Of a stretch of DNA of 15,883 nt, positions 1-5,804 are shown in pieces. The translations under genes were made by a program, and so were the position numbers. Source of the DNA: Candidatus Cloacimonadota bacterium (GTDB taxonomy: Bacteria > Cloacimonadota > Cloacimonadia > JGIOTU-2); the NCBI GenBank assembly GCA_014382685.1, contig JACNJG010000035.1:1-15883 (forward strand), read 5' to 3'. A model generated the notes under the pieces. It searched no databases, was not told the DNA's origin, and saw nothing but the letters and a program-made list of their open reading frames with translations. Positions within the stretch are counted from its first letter, which is position 1. Each line of letters opens with the position of its first letter.

Positions 1-117
1 TGCTCCGCCGTCATCATTAGGGTTGTCTGCCGCAGTGAAGGTTATGTCCTGGGCAAGAAGAGGAATGTTCAAGAAAAAAAACATAGTAAGAAAGAAACAA
101 AGGAAATATTTTTTCAT
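1..117 (-). CDS. Partial CDS (N-terminus only, continues beyond window start): secreted protein of unknown function with Sec-type signal peptide
   Basis: Not in the supplied ORF track because only 39 codons lie in the window. Minus-strand ATG at 117..115 is preceded by GGAG (126..123) with a 5-nt spacer. My translation, MKKYFLCFFLTMFFFLNIPLLAQDITFTAADNPNDDGGA, stays open to position 1. The KK n-region, hydrophobic core and LLA/Q site look like a signal peptide. Confidence 0.45.
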   Translation of the reverse strand, partial: MKKYFLCFFLTMFFFLNIPLLAQDITFTAADNPNDDGGA

Positions 118-153
118 AGAAACTCCGGATATTTCGACCTTAAAAAATAAATA

Positions 154-1173
154 TTATGCATTTTTGAAATCATCTTCAATTTCAGAAATATTCACATCTC
201 GGAACGTATCTGCAATGTTAATGCCAATATAACTGAAACTCATCAAACCTATGATAGCGATTAATAATCCTGTCAATAGATGCGCAAAAGACATTACAGC
301 ACTAACCATTTCCTTGTTCAGTCCAAGTCCTACAGAGAATATCAGAACCATGATCAGTTCATTGCTTCCTATTTGTGCAGGTGGGGTGGGCAGAATATAG
401 GAAAGGTAGATCAATGTATAACCAAAAAGGATTATCGGAAATGGAATTACCTGCGCGAATGCACGAAACATGAAAAAAAAATATACGCTGTCAATTAACA
501 CGGCGATTATTGTGAGTCCGATAACTGAAGGAAGAATATTTGAGTGATGTTTGAAAAGACCAACGCCTTCGACGAAAATTTCAATGATTTCAAAGAATTT
601 TGTTTTAAATTTTTTCGGAATAAAGAATAAAAATTTAGTAAGAATTTTTACTACAAGCGGCTTATTCACGGTAGAAATAATAAGGATTCCGACTCCGATG
701 ATGAAAACAGCGACAAGTAAGAAAATTAGTATGAGGAGAGGTTCTGAGATATTAACATGCAGCAAAGGAATGAGAGCGAGAACAATGAAAATGGAGAAGG
801 AATCAAAAACTTTATCAATAAAAATGGATGGGAGACTTTTTGATATTGGAACACCCTTTGTCTTTTTTATAAAGTAACTTTTTGCGAATTCTCCGGCCCG
901 TATAGGGATAAGATAGTTAAGGAAAAATCCAGCCATCCATATGAAATAGACTTCTTTGATGGTAAGCCGACATACAGGTTTGAGTATTTGTTTCCAGCGT
1001 ATTGAGCGAATAAAATAGGAAAGCATATAGAGAACGGAAGCAATAAGGACATAGAGGATGTTTAGTTTTTTCAGATAAATCAGCACCTCGTTCATATCGA
1101 TGAACTGCATCCACACGATAATGAGAATGATACCTATTACAATACCAATTATTATCTTTTTTCTACCAGACAT
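154..1173 (-). CDS. UPF0104 / LPG_synthase_TM family flippase-like integral membrane protein
   Basis: 339-aa ORF with ATG start (1173..1171) and TAA stop. It is hydrophobic throughout with multiple predicted TM helices. Family-typical motifs are SYFIRSIRWKQIL near the N-terminus and YLIPIRAGEFAKSYF (P-x-R-x-GE). Same strand as the upstream methyltransferase-like gene, 27 nt downstream of it. Confidence 0.75.
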   Translation of the reverse strand: MSGRKKIIIGIVIGIILIIVWMQFIDMNEVLIYLKKLNILYVLIASVLYMLSYFIRSIRWKQILKPVCRLTIKEVYFIWMAGFFLNYLIPIRAGEFAKSYFIKKTKGVPISKSLPSIFIDKVFDSFSIFIVLALIPLLHVNISEPLLILIFLLVAVFIIGVGILIISTVNKPLVVKILTKFLFFIPKKFKTKFFEIIEIFVEGVGLFKHHSNILPSVIGLTIIAVLIDSVYFFFMFRAFAQVIPFPIILFGYTLIYLSYILPTPPAQIGSNELIMVLIFSVGLGLNKEMVSAVMSFAHLLTGLLIAIIGLMSFSYIGINIADTFRDVNISEIEDDFKNA

Positions 1174-1200
1174 AGTGCACGATCACGAGTTTTCAAGATT

Positions 1201-2058
1201 TTAGTTCTCATACTCAACATTATTCACAAACAGCATAAATTTATGATGCGCCCAGAAAAATTTTATAAATTTCGGGGCAATTCGCTCGAACCAATAATGT
1301 TTCATCATATTAGCTGGGAAGGCGGTGTCTTTGCCGGAATAATAATCCAGAATACAAAGCTTATCTGCCTGTTCCTTTTGTTTCTTTTTCAAGAGGAAAC
1401 TGAGGTGCAGAGATGCAAGAAATTTCTCTTTATTCATACCAATATCGGGCCAGGGTGGAGCATCAATATAGTTTTTTTCAACAAGTTTCCAGTTTAGTTT
1501 GTTCATTATTTTTATGATATTTTTTGGAATGATATTCTTTTCTTTAAGATGTTTTTTGAGTTCCTGCAGAGATGAATATTTTTGCTGAAGATAGCCGAAG
1601 CCAGAGCGGTTTGGCACACAAATAAAAATAGCTTTTTTTGTCACCCGTGCAAGTTCGCCCAAAAACTTATCAAGATTATTTACAAACCAAAGAGAAGAGA
1701 AATTCCAGGTCAGGTCAAAGGTTTTATTTAGGAATCCGAGTTTTTCAAAGTTTTCCTGAAATAAAAAATCAGCATCAAGTCCGACCTTTTTCCATACATC
1801 ACGCACAAGTTCGATACGATCCCTGTCGTTATCAATAAGATATACATCGAGACCTTCTTTTGTCAGTCCCATCGAGTTGATTCCCGAGATGCCCGTGAAG
1901 CCGAAAGTGGGAACTTCGAGTACGGTCTCGCAGTCATATTTCTGTATGATTTCGTGCAATTTCCTGTTAAGTACAATACGTTCATAACTGGAACCAAGTC
2001 CTTCGTCAGGATTTTCTGTAAAGTATTCTTGCCAATTTTTTAAAATGGGAATTGCCAT
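1201..2058 (-). CDS. Class I SAM-dependent methyltransferase-like protein (atypical glycine-rich motif I)
   Basis: The ORF track gives 1201..2094. I prefer the internal ATG at 2058..2056 (MAIPILKNW...) because it forms a TAATG stop/start overlap with the upstream SDR gene. Rossmann-like pattern: VLEVPTFGFTGISG (degenerate motif I), acidic end of beta-2 (VYLIDND), FDLTWNFSSLW, LARVTKKAIFICVPN. The functional call is by pattern only. Confidence 0.55.
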   Translation of the reverse strand: MAIPILKNWQEYFTENPDEGLGSSYERIVLNRKLHEIIQKYDCETVLEVPTFGFTGISGINSMGLTKEGLDVYLIDNDRDRIELVRDVWKKVGLDADFLFQENFEKLGFLNKTFDLTWNFSSLWFVNNLDKFLGELARVTKKAIFICVPNRSGFGYLQQKYSSLQELKKHLKEKNIIPKNIIKIMNKLNWKLVEKNYIDAPPWPDIGMNKEKFLASLHLSFLLKKKQKEQADKLCILDYYSGKDTAFPANMMKHYWFERIAPKFIKFFWAHHKFMLFVNNVEYEN

Positions 2059-3050
2059 TAATTTTTCCCCTTTAACTTCGTTTGTTTGTACCAATTAATC
2101 ACATATTCAAATACCGGTACTGTGTTATGAGGAATGATATTCAAATCTTTTACTGCAGGTGTAACATCGTAATACCAGTTTTTTGAGATGAGTTCAATGC
2201 GTGCAGTCCATAATTCGTTTTTCAAAATTTTAGAGAAAATGAAAAGAGCAAAATTGTAAAGAAAAGTTGGAAGCTTTTTCCATTTCGGATATTCCGAACC
2301 GTGCAGTTCATTTTGAATAAAATTCACTAGTTCTTTAATGGAGATTGGGATTTTATCTGCAATATTGTAAGCACTACCGCTTTTTATGTTAGCTTTACCA
2401 GCTTGAATAAATGCCTGGATGAGTGTAGAAACATCCACAATGTTTATCATGATATCTTTTGTGGGAAGCATCATAATACCTTTATCGACAAGTTTAATAA
2501 GCGTGTAAGGGAACCCATAATCACCGATTCCGTAGGTTATTGAAGGTCGAATTATGGTAAGGTTCAGACCTTCTGGTACAAGCTCTTGTAATTTTTTTTC
2601 TGCTTCGATTTTTGTATAATGATAGTAGTTATCATTTTGACGCACAGTGTCTTCATTTGGTGGTAATTCTCTTGGAATCGCTCCGAATATTCCAACCGAA
2701 CTACAAAAGATCATCTTGCATTCATGTCGAATGCATTCATGAGCAATATGGAGGGTTGCATTTACGTTTGTTTCGTAGTAATCAGCCATCGGAAAATCTC
2801 TGCCACCTCTAATTGCAGCGATATGATAAACAAGATCAATTTTATGTTTCTTAAAAACTGAATGAATAAAATCAGCATTGGTAATGTCACCCTGAATACA
2901 TTTAACCCGATTATCTTGGAAGAATTGATATCGTTCTGACGAGGTGCCCTCCCTAATAAGCGCAGTGATCGTATGTTGATTTTCCTCTAACAATTTTCTG
3001 CAAAGTTCACCCCCGATAAAGCCAGTGATACCAGTGATCAAAATATACAA
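2058..3050 (-). CDS. NAD-dependent epimerase/dehydratase (extended SDR family)
   Basis: 330-aa ORF. N-terminal Rossmann motif ILITGITGFIGGEL, catalytic Y-x-x-x-K (YHYTKIEAEK), FCSSVGIFG. TTG start at 3050..3048 lies directly after an in-frame TAA, with AAGGA 8 nt upstream. TAA stop at 2060..2058 overlaps the next gene's ATG. Confidence 0.85.
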   Translation of the reverse strand: MYILITGITGFIGGELCRKLLEENQHTITALIREGTSSERYQFFQDNRVKCIQGDITNADFIHSVFKKHKIDLVYHIAAIRGGRDFPMADYYETNVNATLHIAHECIRHECKMIFCSSVGIFGAIPRELPPNEDTVRQNDNYYHYTKIEAEKKLQELVPEGLNLTIIRPSITYGIGDYGFPYTLIKLVDKGIMMLPTKDIMINIVDVSTLIQAFIQAGKANIKSGSAYNIADKIPISIKELVNFIQNELHGSEYPKWKKLPTFLYNFALFIFSKILKNELWTARIELISKNWYYDVTPAVKDLNIIPHNTVPVFEYVINWYKQTKLKGKN

Positions 3051-3221
3051 TTAAGTTATCCTTATCCTACTTATTATTTTTATAGTAGTATGCGATTGAA
3101 AAAAAAAATCATTGTCAATAAATTTGAAATGTAAATTTTGTATTTAAATTTGACAAAAATAATTTAAATTTGTTATTTAGGATTGTCATATAGACGATCT
3201 TACCAAATACGGAGGTGCGGT
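3051..3221. promoter_or_regulatory. Divergent intergenic control region between the SDR operon (-) and the surface-protein gene (+)
   Basis: This 171-nt gap is the largest non-coding stretch in the window. TAAATTTG occurs at 3119..3126, 3145..3152 and 3165..3172, with TAAATTTTG at 3132..3140. It matches the Bacteroidota-type -7 element TAnnTTTG. TTTG(3123..3126)-N18-TAAATTTG(3145..3152) fits a -33/-7 arrangement on the plus strand. TTGACA lies at 3150..3155 (+) and TGTCAA at 3113..3118 (TTGACA on the minus strand). An A10 tract lies at 3099..3108. No transcription start site can be proven from sequence. Confidence 0.35.
3211..3216 (+). promoter_or_regulatory. Shine-Dalgarno sequence (GGAGGT) for the surface-protein gene
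   Basis: GGAGGT lies 5 nt upstream of ATG 3222..3224, which begins MKKMMSLVCVIAFFLWGEQLVCA. Confidence 0.65.
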
Positions 3222-3527
3222 ATGAAAAAAATGATGAGTCTTGTGTGTGTTATAGCATTTTTTCTTTGGGGGGAACAATTAGTTTGTGCAAATACAGTTT
3301 ATGTGGACTGTAATGGTGGTGGAGATTATACTACAATTCAAGAAGGTATAGATGCTGCGTACGATGGTGACATTGTTTTAGTTGCCGATGGAACTTATAC
3401 TGGGGCTAATAACAAGAATCTATCTTGGGACGGTAACGATAAACATATTGTAATTAAATCAGAGAATGATTATGAGAGTTGTATCATTGATTGTGAAGGT
3501 AGTGGGAACGGTTTTTTCCTTAACTGA
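3222..3527 (+). CDS. N-terminal fragment of the surface protein: signal peptide plus first beta-helix turns, ending at the in-frame TGA
   Basis: MKKMMSLVCVIAFFLWGEQLVCA/NTVYVDCNGGGDYTTIQEGIDAAYDGDIVLVADGTYTG... is the canonical opening of pectate-lyase-fold (PbH1) proteins. The TGA stop at 3525..3527 was verified by hand. Confidence 0.6.
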   Translation: MKKMMSLVCVIAFFLWGEQLVCANTVYVDCNGGGDYTTIQEGIDAAYDGDIVLVADGTYTGANNKNLSWDGNDKHIVIKSENDYESCIIDCEGSGNGFFLN

Positions 3528-4430
3528 ACACATCAAACCCATGCGGATATTATTGAAGGATTTACCATACAAAACGCAAAAGGAACATGGGGGGGCGGCA
3601 TCAAAGCTTATAATGCCTCTCCAATAATTCAATATAACCGCATAACAAATTGTGAGTCTGGTTATAATCACATTAAAGGACCTGGAGGTGGAATTCTTTT
3701 GTATCATAATTGCAATGCTATTGTGCAAAACAATGTCATTGATAATAATATTGCTAGTGCAAATGATTTGGCGATGGGTGGAGGTATTTGTTGTTATCAT
3801 AATGACGATACAAATGCTCAACCGATCATAAGAAATAATATCATATTTAATAATGGTGCTCTTGAAGATGCAAGTGGTGGTGGAGGTGGTATTTGTATAT
3901 ATTTTTCCAGTCCGATAGTCGAAAATAATCTTATTTATGACAATTTTACAGACTGGTATGGCGGAGGAATTCATTGTTTACATGGTGGTAGTCCTGTTAT
4001 AAGAAACAATATTATCAATTGTAACAGCACTAGTCATTCATCACCTGCTGGTGGAGGTATTTCTGTTGTAGGAGGACATCCAACATTAATCAATAATACA
4101 ATTACTTCCAATAATGATTATGGTATTTACTATTCTTATGGTTCAATAACTACAGATTATTGTAATGTCTGGAATAATGGATTGGGGAATTATTATTCCT
4201 GTTCCCCTGGGATAGGCTGTATAAGTGAAGATCCCTTATTTGCAGATGTAAATAATGATGATTTTCATTTTTCAGAAACTTCCCCCTGTATCGATGCAGG
4301 AATTATTGATACTACCGGCATGAATTTACCACTCTATGATCTGGATGGTAATCCTCGTGTCGTTGATGGAAACGGAGATGGAATCGCAATTATTGATATG
4401 GGATGTTATGAATATTATAATTATCAACAG
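3291..4430 (+). other. Right-handed parallel beta-helix (PbH1/pectate-lyase-fold) repeat region
   Basis: Periodic turns of the form NN-I/V-I-x-x-N ... GGGI (IRNNIIFNN, VENNLIYDN, IRNNIINCN, LINNTITSN; GGGICCY, GGGICIY, GGGIHCL, GGGISVV). It closes with the typical cap EDPLFADVNNDDFHFSETSPCIDAG ... DLDGNPRVVDGNGDGIAIIDMGCYEY. Confidence 0.8.
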
Positions 4431-5729
4431 CAAATATATCTTGAGATACCCACAGAATACGCATTGCCCGGTGATACTGTTCTCATACCTATTAATGTTC
4501 TATTTCCTCAAGATTCAACTTTCACCTCTGCAGAAATTATTGTTGGCGGATATTTGGGTTCGTTAGAATTTCTTGAGTTGATCGCTGATTCCAGTTTGGT
4601 GGGTGATGCGGGATGGATGTATGAGTACAATGAAACCGATAGTCTGAATACGATATGGATGGCTGGTTCAGAACCAATATCCGGTGAAGATGTTCTTATA
4701 TGGATGAAGTTAAGTGTACCTAACACGGCAACCGGTTTTGTTCCAATAACGCTTGAGGATGCCCTGTTTGACACTGGTTTGGTGCCTGTAGAGCTTACAT
4801 CAGGAGGAATAAACATAGTGGCTCTCATATATGGCGATGTTGATTTTAACGGATTGGTTCAGGCGTATGATGCCTCAATGATATTGCAATATTTGGTAGG
4901 TTACATTAACTTAGATGATCTGCAATTGTCGGTCGCTGATGTTAGTCTTGATTCTACTGTCTCAGCTTTTGATGCAACTTTGATCCTACAGTATGGAGTT
5001 GGGATTATAGACACTTTGCCCTATCAGCCGGGACCATCCTATATTGCTAATGGTGATATAACAATGGAGGATCAAGTATATACCGGAGATCCCATTGATG
5101 TGCCAATAATAATCACAAATGCAGAAAATATTTTTTCTTTCGAAGGTTTGATCAATTTTGACACTGAGTGTTTAATGTTAGCTGACGTTTATTGGTCTGA
5201 TTATTTGGATGGTTTTTGTATATGTACAGATGTTGATGGAGGTGAATTTAAACTCGTAGGATCCGGAACTTTGCCATATGAGGAGTACGGTGTGATGGCA
5301 ACAATTAGATTTTATCCTAAAGATGGATTTAATATTAATGATTCAACAACTGTATGTTTCGAAAATCTAAGATTGAATGAAAATGAGACTATGTATAATA
5401 TTGCAACATCGATTATATTGAATAATTATGGAGTCAACAATCCTCAAGAACAGGAATTTATACTTCACCAAAATAGCCCCAATCCATTTGTGCATAACAC
5501 AAAAATCCAATACTCAATACCTTTGGAAAGTACTGTCTCGCTGAAAATATATAATATAAGAGGTGAACTTATTGTCGATCTGGTTAATGAATTCAAAGAC
5601 AAGGGTTCATATGATATTGTCTGGGATGGTAGAGATAAAAATGGTAATAGAGTTGTTAATGGGATATATTTCTATAAATTTATTAGTGGCGACTCAGAGA
5701 TAATAAAGAGGATGATACTTCTTAGATAG
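3699..5729 (+). CDS. C-terminal ORF of the same surface protein as a gene caller would report it (beta-helix repeats, cohesin-dockerin-cohesin, T9SS sorting domain)
   Basis: 676-aa ORF with TAG stop at 5727..5729. Its apparent start at 3699 is a TTG that reads as an internal Leu of the read-through protein. The first in-frame ATG is at 3774. The fragment has no signal peptide of its own, so it is unlikely to function as an independent T9SS cargo. Confidence 0.6.
   Translation: MYHNCNAIVQNNVIDNNIASANDLAMGGGICCYHNDDTNAQPIIRNNIIFNNGALEDASGGGGGICIYFSSPIVENNLIYDNFTDWYGGGIHCLHGGSPVIRNNIINCNSTSHSSPAGGGISVVGGHPTLINNTITSNNDYGIYYSYGSITTDYCNVWNNGLGNYYSCSPGIGCISEDPLFADVNNDDFHFSETSPCIDAGIIDTTGMNLPLYDLDGNPRVVDGNGDGIAIIDMGCYEYYNYQQQIYLEIPTEYALPGDTVLIPINVLFPQDSTFTSAEIIVGGYLGSLEFLELIADSSLVGDAGWMYEYNETDSLNTIWMAGSEPISGEDVLIWMKLSVPNTATGFVPITLEDALFDTGLVPVELTSGGINIVALIYGDVDFNGLVQAYDASMILQYLVGYINLDDLQLSVADVSLDSTVSAFDATLILQYGVGIIDTLPYQPGPSYIANGDITMEDQVYTGDPIDVPIIITNAENIFSFEGLINFDTECLMLADVYWSDYLDGFCICTDVDGGEFKLVGSGTLPYEEYGVMATIRFYPKDGFNINDSTTVCFENLRLNENETMYNIATSIILNNYGVNNPQEQEFILHQNSPNPFVHNTKIQYSIPLESTVSLKIYNIRGELIVDLVNEFKDKGSYDIVWDGRDKNGNRVVNGIYFYKFISGDSEIIKRMILLR
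4434..4820 (+). other. Cohesin-like domain 1
   Basis: IYLEIPTEYALPGDTVLIPINVLFPQDSTFTSAEIIVGGYLGSLEFLELIADSSL...GEDVLIWMKLSVPNTATGFVPITLEDALFD...GGINIV follows the cohesin beta-sandwich pattern (pGdtV-vPv ... g-la-i-fkV ... G-i-v). Pattern recognition only. Confidence 0.55.
4830..5006 (+). other. Dockerin-like domain (two EF-hand-type Ca-binding repeats)
   Basis: Repeat 1 is DVDFNGLVQAYDASMILQY and repeat 2 is DVSLDSTVSAFDATLILQY. Each has Asp/Asn/Ser at loop positions 1, 3 and 5, Asp at position 12, and a following amphipathic helix. Confidence 0.65.
5052..5423 (+). other. Cohesin-like domain 2
   Basis: GDITMEDQVYTGDPIDVPIIITNAENIFSFEGLINFDTECLMLADV...GVMATIRFYPKDGFNINDSTTVCFENLRLNE has the same cohesin-type pattern as domain 1, but the two are divergent at both DNA and protein level. 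Confidence 0.5.
5454..5726 (+). other. T9SS type A C-terminal sorting domain (Por_Secre_tail / FlgD-Ig-like)
   Basis: EFILHQNSPNPFVHNTKIQYSIPLESTVSLKIYNIRGELIVDLVNEFKDKGSYDIVWDGRDKNGNRVVNGIYFYKFISGD matches the hallmark L-x-QN-x-PNPF ... I-Y-L ... V-L-IYN-x-G ... WDG-D-x-G-x-V-x-G-YFY pattern at the extreme C-terminus. Confidence 0.85.
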
Positions 5730-5747
5730 ATTTGAAATAGGATATTG

Positions 5748-5804
5748 CCCGGATTACAATTTGAAAATGGACTTTAGTTTGTTTTTCAGTGATCCGGGTT
5801 TTTT
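5748..5804 (+). terminator. Candidate intrinsic terminator for the plus-strand surface-protein transcript, embedded in the 3' end of the convergent gene
   Basis: The outer stem CCCGGAT (5748..5754) / ATCCGGG (5792..5798) is followed directly by T6 (5799..5804). The inner stem is TGAAAA (5762..5767) / TTTTCA (5783..5788). It starts 19 nt after the TAG stop. The large interior loop makes it atypical. It has no U-tract in the minus orientation. Confidence 0.3.

Larger units (their letters stand above)
3222..5729 (+). pseudogene. Large T9SS-sorted surface protein (signal peptide, right-handed beta-helix, cohesin-dockerin-cohesin, T9SS CTD) interrupted by one in-frame TGA at 3525..3527. It is a pseudogene, a sequencing error or a read-through gene.
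   Basis: ORFs 3183..3527 and 3699..5729 are in the same frame. I translated 3528..3698 by hand and found no further stop. The read-through sequence continues the beta-helix repeat pattern seamlessly: ...GSGNGFFLN-TGA-THQTHADIIEGFTIQNAKGTWGGGIKAYNASPIIQYNRITNCESGYNHIKGPGGGILLYHNCNAIVQNN... The likely true start is ATG 3222 with the SD above, not the TTG at 3183. Confidence 0.7.

Noticed and set aside
23-232. Plus-strand 69-aa ORF at the window start
   Set aside because: It overlaps the 3' end of the UPF0104 gene and the signal-peptide-encoding start of the minus-strand partial CDS. Its Lys/Arg-rich translation is the mirror of a poly-Phe/Leu signal peptide.
2059-2094. Longer N-terminal extensions from the ORF track (methyltransferase-like start at 2094, GGGPS start at 7312, surface protein start at 3183)
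   Set aside because: The internal ATGs at 2058 and 7300 give canonical TAATG and ATGA coupling overlaps. ATG 3222 has a GGAGGT SD and begins a proper signal peptide, whereas the TTG at 3183 would prepend a charged, non-signal leader.
3525-3527. Selenocysteine insertion or genome-wide TGA recoding (genetic code 4 or 25) as the explanation for the in-frame TGA
   Set aside because: I could fold no SECIS-like hairpin in the roughly 50 nt downstream (ACACATCAAACCCATGCGGATATTATTGAAGG...). The position is in a structural beta-helix turn, not a redox motif. TGA serves as a genuine stop for the UbiA gene (7297..7299, ATGA overlap with the next start), and none of the other long genes contains an internal TGA.
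3589-3595. G7 homopolymer 60 nt after the in-frame stop, as a possible slipped-strand phase-variation tract
   Set aside because: The reading frame is intact across it. It encodes WGGG, one of the recurrent GGG(I) beta-helix motifs. With no frameshift there is no evidence of switching from a single sequence.
3459-4828. Antisense or alternative-frame ORFs inside the surface-protein gene (3459..3974 -, 4336..4566 +, 4508..4828 -)
   Set aside because: They lie entirely within a strongly supported coding frame. Their translations are low-complexity (I/N/T-rich), as expected from reading AT-rich repeats in other frames. They have no start context.
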